From: a virus
Taxonomy: Duplodnaviria; Caudoviricetes
Direction: 5' to 3' (one strand)
Virus record (IMG/VR): IMGVR_UViG_2622736592_000004
Location: 32,001 to 96,000 of that record
DNA length: 64,000 nt
Made by a program: the position numbers and the translations under genes
Notes under the pieces: model-generated
The model's database searches: none
What the model was told of the DNA's origin: nothing
The model's input: only the letters and a program-made list of their open reading frames with translations
Shown here: positions 28,474 to 36,272 of the stretch, piece by piece
Numbering within the stretch: position 1 is the first letter of the stretch
Layout: the number at the start of each line of letters is the position of its first letter

Positions 28474-29804
28474 AGCAGGGTCACCTCCGACCGTTGAGGC
28501 GTGGAGACTGTGCTGCCGGCGGGGATACGAACCTCGCCCCGGGCGGGTGGCGGGAGGGCGACGCCTGCAACCGACCATCCGGTGCTGATGGTCCCCTCCG
28601 CCGTGGCGGCTGTTGACCAGACTGCGTCTAGGGTTCCGCCTACGGGGGCGGTGACCGCCCAGCCGGTGGTGATCGCACCCGACGTGGGGGCGGCCACATC
28701 CCACACGGTGGCGGTGCTACCGGCGGCCGTTGACCGCACAGACCACGAGGTGCCCGCGCTGCCGCCGACTGTGGCCGAGGTAGCCCAGCCGGTGGAGGCG
28801 CTGCCTGCCGCCGCCGCCAACGCCGACCACGCGGTGCTGACACTGCCGCCCGTTGAGGTAGCCGTCGCCCAGCCAGTTACCGTGCTGCCCGACACCTGCG
28901 CGGCCACATCCCACGATGTGCTGACCCCACCGCCAGCCGCAGCGTCAACCGACCAACCGGTGGCGACCGCGCCCGACACGGTGGATGCCACAGACCATCC
29001 GGTCGCTGTCGACCCGGATGCCGTTGACGCCACCGACCACGCAGAGGCCACCGCACTAGACAGCGGGGAGGCCACCGACCAGGTGGTGCCCGCGCCGCCC
29101 GTGACCGGAGCCGACAGCGACCAGGCAGTGCCCACCGCACCCGACACAGGTGTGGTTGTCGCAGTTGGGGCGACCTCCACCAGCAGACCGATCATGGAGC
29201 TGCTGACATCGGAGGTGACAGTCTCCCCGCCGTAACTGCCTGTCGACCCGACCAGCACATACCCGGCCGCCGCCCGCACGTTCGCGTTCGTCGTCGCCCG
29301 AGACGTGCTGGTGTCGACGACCTCCGTGTAGGAGCCGTCGAGGTTGATGTTGGTGGGGATCGTGCCGGACCCGACGCGGCTGTGTGCGTCCACCAGCAGC
29401 GCCGCACCGGCTGTGACACCTGTCAGGGTGGGCAGGGTGACCGTGGTGCCGGTCGCGTTGGCGGCGGCGGCCTGAGCGATGCTGTCCGCCCCGCGCACCA
29501 CCAGCAGCTCCCAGCCGCCCGTCACGCTGCCCGAGTTGGTGATTGTCGGCGCGGTGTCCCCGGATTGCAGGATCCGATACCAGGCGTACATCCGGGATGC
29601 GGACCCATCCGCGTACGGCCACGTCACCCCGGGTAGCAGCGTCCACCCGGCCGGCGTGGACATGGTGAGGGATCCGCCGGACACGTGCCCGACTAGCAGG
29701 CCAATGTCGCCGTCAGCCCACCCGACAGGAAAGCTGGTGGCGAACGATGTCGCGGTCGCTGAGCCGGGGTTGCCGGAGGCGACACCCACGTAGGAGACCG
29801 CCAC
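28470..29804 (-). CDS. Putative fibre protein: N-terminal beta domain plus 14-aa periodic Trp repeat
   Basis: 14 Trp spaced exactly 14 aa apart in S/T/A/G/V-rich region. Confidence 0.7.
   Translation of the reverse strand: MAVSYVGVASGNPGSATATSFATSFPVGWADGDIGLLVGHVSGGSLTMSTPAGWTLLPGVTWPYADGSASRMYAWYRILQSGDTAPTITNSGSVTGGWELLVVRGADSIAQAAAANATGTTVTLPTLTGVTAGAALLVDAHSRVGSGTIPTNINLDGSYTEVVDTSTSRATTNANVRAAAGYVLVGSTGSYGGETVTSDVSSSMIGLLVEVAPTATTTPVSGAVGTAWSLSAPVTGGAGTTWSVASPLSSAVASAWSVASTASGSTATGWSVASTVSGAVATGWSVDAAAGGGVSTSWDVAAQVSGSTVTGWATATSTGGSVSTAWSALAAAAGSASTGWATSATVGGSAGTSWSVRSTAAGSTATVWDVAAPTSGAITTGWAVTAPVGGTLDAVWSTAATAEGTISTGWSVAGVALPPPARGEVRIPAGSTVSTPQRSEVTLL
28575..29123 (-). repeat. 13 x 42-bp degenerate coding tandem repeat
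   Basis: First and last Trp codons 546 bp apart (13 x 42). Confidence 0.85.
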
Positions 29805-29820
29805 CGCGACCTCCTGCCCG

Positions 29821-30747
29821 TCAGCGCATCAGGTCGACGAACGCGGCCCGCTCGCGGTCCCGCACGTACGTCCGCCCGTCCGGGTAGGTCAGGGTCGCGT
29901 CGAGGTGGCAGTTGCCCCGGTAGAACCACGCGACGTCCGGCACGTCCGGCTGCGCCCGCAGGTACGCCATGTTGTCCCGCATCGCCTGCGCGCAGATCGC
30001 CCCGTCAGGGTCGTAGGCGGCACCGGACTTGAGCGTCGGCTTCCGTTGGATGCCCCACTCGGGGATCACCAGCGGACGGCCAACGCGCCGCGCCTGAGCG
30101 AGCGCGAAGTCGTTCCGCTCGACCGGGGTGCGATACCGCTCGTATCCGGTGTCGTAGATGTCGAACCCGACGGCGTCCACCCCATCAAACGCCGCCGCCT
30201 GCCCGAAGTCCTGCCACCATGCGTTGTTGCGGCGCGCGGCGTACTCCGTGAAAACGGGCACCAGCCACACCTCACGCCGTCGTGGATGGTCGGCGAGCGC
30301 TTCGAGCAGCTCCAGCCACTCCTGCCGGTACTCCGCCGGGGTTGGGTCTCCGGAGTCCTGCTGCTCAGGCTCGTGGTCCAGGGTCAGCAGGTCCACCACG
30401 CCACGCCTCGCCGCCGGCCGCGCCGACAGCCAGTCCCGGATCAGCGCCGGGGATGTCGTGCGAGACCAGTCCTTGAACGAGTAGTGCAGCACCGTGTCCA
30501 CCGGCACCTGGGCGAGCATCCCCGACGACCACGGCGCGATGCCCTTTCCCGGTGCGCTGTAGAGGCGCATCAGTCGGGGCTGCGGGTAGCGGGTGGCCAT
30601 GCGCTGGATGTCCGTCACGGTGCTGTCCGGTGGGCACCAGCCGAGCAGGGTCGACCCGTCCTGCACGGTAACCGTCGTCGCCGTGACGGTGGTGTTGCCG
30701 GTGGCGTCACGTACCCGCCCGGTCAACACGACCGTGCGGGCTGCCAT
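29821..30747 (-). CDS. Clan GH-A glycoside hydrolase (GH26-like), probably virion-associated
   Basis: DHEPE acid/base, VDAVGFDIY, PLVIPEWG nucleophile. Confidence 0.7.
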   Translation of the reverse strand: MAARTVVLTGRVRDATGNTTVTATTVTVQDGSTLLGWCPPDSTVTDIQRMATRYPQPRLMRLYSAPGKGIAPWSSGMLAQVPVDTVLHYSFKDWSRTTSPALIRDWLSARPAARRGVVDLLTLDHEPEQQDSGDPTPAEYRQEWLELLEALADHPRRREVWLVPVFTEYAARRNNAWWQDFGQAAAFDGVDAVGFDIYDTGYERYRTPVERNDFALAQARRVGRPLVIPEWGIQRKPTLKSGAAYDPDGAICAQAMRDNMAYLRAQPDVPDVAWFYRGNCHLDATLTYPDGRTYVRDRERAAFVDLMR

Positions 30748-31040
30748 CAGGCGACCGAGACTGTGAACCGGCCGGGGGCCGACGGGTCCTCGACGATCGT
30801 CACGCCCGGGTCATTGGCGGTCAGCTCGTAGGTGAGCGGATCCCCGACCGTGACCGTGGTCGTGGCGGACGCGGTGGCACCGTTGGCGTCGGTGACGCTG
30901 CCGGACAGGGTGATGGTGCGGGCGTCCGGGTCGAACGCGTCGATCCACACCTGCACCGCCTGGCCGGGCTGCACCGTGTCGGGGGAGGCGACAATCGAAC
31001 GGATGATGGGGGCGGCCATGCGGCGTCCAATCTGAATCAT
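30747..31040 (-). CDS. Small Ig-like beta protein
   Basis: APIIRSIVASPDTVQPG..V...AFDPD...DPLTY; alternative start 31019. Confidence 0.65.
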   Translation of the reverse strand: MIQIGRRMAAPIIRSIVASPDTVQPGQAVQVWIDAFDPDARTITLSGSVTDANGATASATTTVTVGDPLTYELTANDPGVTIVEDPSAPGRFTVSVA

Positions 31041-31043
31041 GGG

Positions 31044-31580
31044 TCAGAGGGTGTCGCCGAGCCAGGCGAAAGTGGCTCCGTCGGCGGCGAGAGGGGCGGT
31101 GTTGGCGGCGGTGCGGCGCACCCAGAACGCCTTCACCTGACCGGGGCCAATGTCGCCGAGGCTGAGCGCAGCCCCGCTCGTGGTCGGAGTGGAGAACGTG
31201 ACCCCAGCCGGGGCGGTCGTGTCGTTGGCGATCGTGACGGCCTGAGCCGACGACGACCCGACAGCGGATACGGCGGTCGGATCCACACCGATCGCCACCG
31301 ACGCACCACCCGACACTTCGGCGGAGACGTACACCTTCGCCGCCTGGAGTGTCAGGCTGCCGTGGGTGTTGTGCACGAACACGCAGGCGTAGTCGACCTG
31401 GCTCGCCGCGTTCTCCGCGCCGGTGATGTTGGGGAACAGGCCGTTGGTGCTGCCGTCGGCGACGGTGGTCGTCGACACGTACTTGCCGAGAGATGCCCCC
31501 ACCACCCCGGCGGTGGTGTTACCCGCAGAGCCTGAGGTGGTGGACAGCTTGAACACGATGTCGGACGCGACGATCGCCAC
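31044..31580 (-). CDS. Putative fibre/filament structural subunit
   Basis: AGGAGG RBS; small-residue beta-rich; LFPNITGAEN...DYACVFVHN...LGDIGPGQVKAFWVRR. Confidence 0.65.
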   Translation of the reverse strand: MAIVASDIVFKLSTTSGSAGNTTAGVVGASLGKYVSTTTVADGSTNGLFPNITGAENAASQVDYACVFVHNTHGSLTLQAAKVYVSAEVSGGASVAIGVDPTAVSAVGSSSAQAVTIANDTTAPAGVTFSTPTTSGAALSLGDIGPGQVKAFWVRRTAANTAPLAADGATFAWLGDTL

Positions 31581-31640
31581 GACACACCTCCTGCTGGCGG
31601 GTTGCGATCACGAGAACCTGCGCTGCGCGCGGATGCTGGA

Positions 31641-31677
31641 CACCCCGGCCGCCCGGGGAGAGGGGCGGCCGGGGGTG
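31641..31677 (-). terminator. Hairpin downstream of capsid operon
   Basis: CACCCCGGCCGCCC / GGGCGGCCGGGGGTG. Confidence 0.55.
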
Positions 31678-31685
31678 CTCAGGGG

Positions 31686-32183
31686 TTACTGCTGCCGCTG
31701 CTGGGCGAGCTTGACCAGGTCGGCCTTGTCCTGCTTGGCCAGGTCGTCGTAGTCGCCGCCCTGCTTGACGTGCCACTCCACCCACACCGGCTGACCGGCG
31801 TTGGGGTGCGGCATCGACCCGTCCTTGGGCAGCTTCGCCTGCGCGGCAGCCCTCTTCGAGTCAGCCGAGTCGGCGTCGGACTGGTCCCCGGTGGGCTGCT
31901 CGCCCGACGAGTAGGTGGAGGTGAGCACGCCGTCGCTGTCGCGGCGCGGCACGTCGTCGTCGAGGTCGTCTGCCTCGATGGTGGTGAGGCCGTCGGCGTT
32001 CACCCCGCCCGTCTCATCCCCGCCCACCTTGACGACGAGGCCAGTGTCGAGCAGGTGCTTCAGTTCGGGGGCGTTGCCCGGAACCAGCGCGCCCTTGTAC
32101 AGCAGGACGCGGGTGCGGCCGGACGGGGTGTCGGTGGAGACGTAGGCGCATTCGCCGACGATCTGGTAGGTCGCGTCACTCAT
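31686..32183 (-). CDS. Hypothetical head-associated protein
   Basis: Directly after capsid; acidic linker; small C-terminal helical motif. Confidence 0.7.
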   Translation of the reverse strand: MSDATYQIVGECAYVSTDTPSGRTRVLLYKGALVPGNAPELKHLLDTGLVVKVGGDETGGVNADGLTTIEADDLDDDVPRRDSDGVLTSTYSSGEQPTGDQSDADSADSKRAAAQAKLPKDGSMPHPNAGQPVWVEWHVKQGGDYDDLAKQDKADLVKLAQQRQQ

Positions 32184-32198
32184 CGGTCATCCGTCCTG

Positions 32199-33134
32199 TC
32201 AGCCCAGCGAGCCAGTGCCGGTGATCTTGATGGCGGCACCCGGCTCCTGAATGACCGGCACCGTGATGCGGCGGGCCCAGACGTCCCAGGCGTCCCGCTC
32301 GTCGATCCGCTTCGTCTTGTACTGGAGGCCGTTGTCGAGGGTCGCGTAGCCCGGGTCCACGTCAGTCTCGTCGGCCATACCGCCCAGCTCGTCCCGGTCG
32401 AACACCCACACGTCGTCGCTGGGCAGGTTCGCCACCGCCGTGGCGATGATCTCGTACTTGCCGAGACGGTCGATCTCGCCGCCGTAGATCGGGTTGTCGG
32501 AGGTTTCCCGACGCCGCAGCGCCGCGATCGCCGGATCGGTCACGAGCATCGCGTACTTGGTGGTGGACATGAGCACCGCGTTCGGGTTGTACCCCTGGTT
32601 CAGGTCGACGATCTTCGCCGCCGCGACCTCCACGTCCCGGAACAGAGCCGGCGACGCGGCGTTCCACGCGGCAGCCGCAGTCGACACGTTGGTGACCGCC
32701 GACGCCATCGCCGCCGTCGACAGCTTGTCGACCTTCGAGATGACCGTGTTCGCGGTCTTCCGCAGCGCCCGGTTCACCTCCTGACCCATGTACACGCTGC
32801 GCTTCAGCTTCTCGTCGGTGAGCTGGACCGCCTGACCCCACTTGCTGACCGCAGCCAGCGCGGCGGTGCCCTCGGCGGGCGTGTCACGCGGGTACTCGGA
32901 GCCGGGGGCCACCGACTCGATGGCCCGACTGTTCATGATCGGCTCGGACATCTCGTAGGCGACCGCGCCGCCCTGGGTGCGGATGCGGTTGGTGAGGATC
33001 CGGTCCGCGACGAACCGCAGCTCGGCGATGGTACGCAGCCGACGCTGGAGGCGGGTCGGGTCCTGGAGGAGACGGTGGATGGTGAGCAGGTCGCCGGCCA
33101 GCGTGGGGGCGGCCGGAGGGTAAGCGCCCGGCAT
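32199..33134 (-). CDS. Major capsid protein
   Basis: VAPGSEYP...KWG....TDE...PVIQEPGAAIKITG; position. Confidence 0.85.
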   Translation of the reverse strand: MPGAYPPAAPTLAGDLLTIHRLLQDPTRLQRRLRTIAELRFVADRILTNRIRTQGGAVAYEMSEPIMNSRAIESVAPGSEYPRDTPAEGTAALAAVSKWGQAVQLTDEKLKRSVYMGQEVNRALRKTANTVISKVDKLSTAAMASAVTNVSTAAAAWNAASPALFRDVEVAAAKIVDLNQGYNPNAVLMSTTKYAMLVTDPAIAALRRRETSDNPIYGGEIDRLGKYEIIATAVANLPSDDVWVFDRDELGGMADETDVDPGYATLDNGLQYKTKRIDERDAWDVWARRITVPVIQEPGAAIKITGTGSLG

Positions 33135-33274
33135 TCGGGGGTTCCTTCCATGGTTGCCCGGCTGGCGGGCACGACGAAAAGGCCCAGCACGCGGGTGCGC
33201 GTGGGGGCGTAGGTGTGTGCGGGGTGTTCCGGTGGTGCCCGCCGCCGGTCAGGTCGGCGGGCAACCGGCGCGGG

Positions 33275-33634
33275 TCAGATTTCCATCCACTCCACGGCAG
33301 CGCCGTCGGCGGCCGTGGTCAGGGCGATTCCGACGTTCGTGACGGCGGCGGTGCCGGAGGCGACGGTGCCGGCCGCACCGGCGTCGACGCGGGCGGCGGC
33401 GGTGATCGCACCGGAGGCGGTGGACACGTGGACCTTGCCGCGCGGGAAGTAGGACACGCGGGCCCCGGACGCGGCGTCGAACGCGGCGACCCCGATGACG
33501 GCAGCCGACGCGGCACCAGCGGGGCCGACGGTGCCGTTGCCGGTCACGGCGAGCACCTGACCGCCGGTGACGGTCGCCGACGTGGTGCCGGTGATCTGGT
33601 CCGAGTACAGGAACTTCGGCTCGTAGGCACCCAT
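33275..33634 (-). CDS. Capsid decoration/cement protein
   Basis: Ala/Gly-rich; IGVAAFDAASG...ASGAITAAA...VGIALT. Confidence 0.8.
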   Translation of the reverse strand: MGAYEPKFLYSDQITGTTSATVTGGQVLAVTGNGTVGPAGAASAAVIGVAAFDAASGARVSYFPRGKVHVSTASGAITAAARVDAGAAGTVASGTAAVTNVGIALTTAADGAAVEWMEI

Positions 33635-33636
33635 GG

Positions 33637-35883
33637 TCAGTTACCCCCGGTCGTGGCGGTCGGGCCGTCGAGGGCAGCCATCTGGCGCTCCCACTCGGCG
33701 TCCAGGTCGACGGTGGTGTCCGCGCTGCCGGTGTAGCCGGACATGGCGACGGGAACAGCGGTGCCGGCGGCGATGGAAGCGAGGACGCGGGTGACAACGC
33801 CGGGGGCGTCGTCGTAGTCCTTCTCCCACTTCTCCCGGTCGGCGGGGGTGAACTTGCCGAGCCGCTGCGCCTCGTCGAGGACGGACGCCTTGACGGTGGC
33901 GGTCTTCTCCGCCTCGGCGGCGGCGAGCTTCGCGGACATGGTCTGCACCTGGGAGGCGAGAACGTTGACTTCCTTGCGGAGCTCGTCGTTCTCGGCCTTC
34001 GCGGAGGCGGCGACCTGCTCGGTGTCGGGCTGGGCGGTGGCCTGGGTGTGGAGGGCGTCGAGCGCGGCCATGACGGCGTTGTCGTCGGCGTCCTCTGCCA
34101 GGCCGAGCCGGGAGCGCACGTCGGTGCTCAGAGTGGACACAGGGTCCTCTCCTTCCTTCGGTTCGGTGAATGGTGCGGGCTCCGGCTCGGCGGCCGGGAG
34201 TTCAGGTGCCGGGACGATCTCCGGCGGGGTGATGTCGGGGGCCGGTTCGGCAGGCGGCGTGACCGTGTCCGGGCCTGCGGGCGTGTCGGCGGGCTGCGGG
34301 GCGGGCCGGGACTCGTCGCGGGACGCGAACACCATCCGCGCCGCCGCCACCGGCTCGTCGGCCGGCACATACGCGGGACGCACCCGCTCGGGCGCACCGA
34401 AGCGGATGCTGTCGCCGTCCACGGACACCGGCACACGAACCAGCGACCGGTCCGTGTTGTCCATGACGATGACCTCGTCTTCGGCGGCCTCCACAACCCA
34501 CTGCTGCTCCGGCGGCTTCGACGCGTTCCACGCCTCGTGGATGCGCTCCACCAACCCCGGCGTCGGGTTAGGCATCAGTTCTCCATTCCTTCCGTCCGAG
34601 GCGTGAACCCCCCGGTTACGCCGGTCACCCGGCCAGTAGCCGTACCGGTCGTGGAACCAGGCGGCGGCGATGCGTTTCGCTCTCTCCGGTGACACGTGGT
34701 GGCGCAGGTGCTTGTACAGGTCCGTCCACGTCGTCCACCGGGCCAGGCCCTTCCCGAGCCAAAACCGTTTGAGCTGGTTTTCATCGGCTGCCGCCATCAC
34801 CGGGTCGCCGGTGGTGTCCCCGTAGTCGGCGGGCAGCGGCTCCGGTTCGGTGAGTAGCGGAATGTCGAGGCGTTCACCGGCGAACGCGATCCGCACCCGG
34901 TCGAACACGACCGGGCCGGTCCGGTCGTACAGCGCCGCGAGTTGGGTGGGGTCGGCCGTGTAGGTGAGGGTCAGGTGGGCGTTCCACGGGGCGTGTTGGT
35001 CAGGCAGGTCCAGGCCGGCGAGCGCGTCGGCGACAAGCCGGTGGACGACTTCCAGGTCGGCTCCGGACATGCCGAGCACGGTGCACGGTTCTCGTTCGCT
35101 GCTGCCCGGGTTGAACAGGGCGAGGCTGAACCCGTCGGCGTTGGCGGTGGGCATGCCGTCGACTGCTCCGGCGACGGCGGCGATGATGTCTTGCCGCGCG
35201 GCAGGGGTGAGGTCGACGGCGTCACCGAGGTAGGCGAGGGTGACGTGGAGTTCGTCAGCGGGTTCCCCGCCGTCAACTGCCAGCCGGGCGGCGTCTTCGG
35301 CGGTGGGGATCAGCGCCACCATCGCCCCGGTGTGGGCCGGCGGATCATCGTCGGCGGCAGCGCGCACTGAGGCGACGATGCGCACCTCACCGGCTGCCGG
35401 ATCCCGATGCGCCGCCGCGACCCCGTAGAGGGCTTTGACGTCGTTGAGGCTGGACAGGGTCGACACCCCGGGCGGGGTGACACCGAGCAGCGCCACCGCA
35501 GTCAACACGAACGGATGCGTGTGCCCAATACCGCACCGATAGTTGTAGGTGCCCTCCACCGACCGGTTCGGCCACGCGGCGGCCTGCACCCCGGTCAACC
35601 ACGACGGCGCGACCTGGTCACCGACGAGGGTGTGGCCGCCGTCGGCGGTGCGAAGGTTCTCGTACCAGCCGATCGCCGGTTCCCCATCGCCGGGGGTGAA
35701 CCGCTTGTCGGTGTGCCCGATCTTGATGATGGGCTTGCCGATGGCCGGGCACGACAGGGCGGCGACGGCGGCGGCGATGTCCTGCCGGGATGCCCGCCAC
35801 GTGCCGGTGCTGATCTGCCAGGTGCCGGTGCGGACGAGTTCCACCCCGTCGCGGCGGGCCATCTGCACGGTGTCGGTGGGCAT
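33637..35883 (-). CDS. Capsid maturation protease - 2H phosphoesterase - scaffold polyprotein
   Basis: IKIGH...PAIGW...RSVE...VALLGVTPPGV; HVTL and HLTL; C-terminal coiled coil. Confidence 0.8.
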   Translation of the reverse strand: MPTDTVQMARRDGVELVRTGTWQISTGTWRASRQDIAAAVAALSCPAIGKPIIKIGHTDKRFTPGDGEPAIGWYENLRTADGGHTLVGDQVAPSWLTGVQAAAWPNRSVEGTYNYRCGIGHTHPFVLTAVALLGVTPPGVSTLSSLNDVKALYGVAAAHRDPAAGEVRIVASVRAAADDDPPAHTGAMVALIPTAEDAARLAVDGGEPADELHVTLAYLGDAVDLTPAARQDIIAAVAGAVDGMPTANADGFSLALFNPGSSEREPCTVLGMSGADLEVVHRLVADALAGLDLPDQHAPWNAHLTLTYTADPTQLAALYDRTGPVVFDRVRIAFAGERLDIPLLTEPEPLPADYGDTTGDPVMAAADENQLKRFWLGKGLARWTTWTDLYKHLRHHVSPERAKRIAAAWFHDRYGYWPGDRRNRGVHASDGRNGELMPNPTPGLVERIHEAWNASKPPEQQWVVEAAEDEVIVMDNTDRSLVRVPVSVDGDSIRFGAPERVRPAYVPADEPVAAARMVFASRDESRPAPQPADTPAGPDTVTPPAEPAPDITPPEIVPAPELPAAEPEPAPFTEPKEGEDPVSTLSTDVRSRLGLAEDADDNAVMAALDALHTQATAQPDTEQVAASAKAENDELRKEVNVLASQVQTMSAKLAAAEAEKTATVKASVLDEAQRLGKFTPADREKWEKDYDDAPGVVTRVLASIAAGTAVPVAMSGYTGSADTTVDLDAEWERQMAALDGPTATTGGN

Positions 35884-35893
35884 GGTCACCGCA

Positions 35894-36169
35894 TCACACC
35901 CGCTCGGGCCAATGCCACGTGCCGCCCTGGTGGTTGTCCTCCGACTGGGGGCAGCGGTTGAAGAACAGACCGGTGGGGTTGAGCACGACCAGGTCGACCA
36001 CGACGGCGTCGGAGTCCCATTCCTCGGCACGATCGGGGTCGGCGACGGGCAACGCGCCGACCGGTACTCCGGCGACGATCGCGGCCCGGCACTGGCTGGT
36101 GTACTCGCCACCAGGCGTGCCATAGCTGACGTAGTGCACGATGCGGCCGACGCTCGGCTGCTGACTCAC
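35894..36169 (-). CDS. Conserved small phage protein
   Basis: PSVGRIVHY...RAAIV...GTWHWP; AGGAG RBS. Confidence 0.7.
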   Translation of the reverse strand: MSQQPSVGRIVHYVSYGTPGGEYTSQCRAAIVAGVPVGALPVADPDRAEEWDSDAVVVDLVVLNPTGLFFNRCPQSEDNHQGGTWHWPERV

Positions 36170-36272
36170 TGGCTCCTGCCTTCTGCTCGTCCCGTGCACG
36201 GCGAGGATCAGGGCGGCCACGGCGCTCTCCAGCGCGGTCAGCCGCCGTAGCACCGATTCGGGCACAGCGTTC

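Noticed and set aside
29721-29730. 10-nt match (CCCGACAGGA) to the TnpB guide inside the fibre gene
   Set aside because: A match this short is expected by chance in 64 kb of high-GC DNA; the TAM is unknown and pairing stops after 10 nt.
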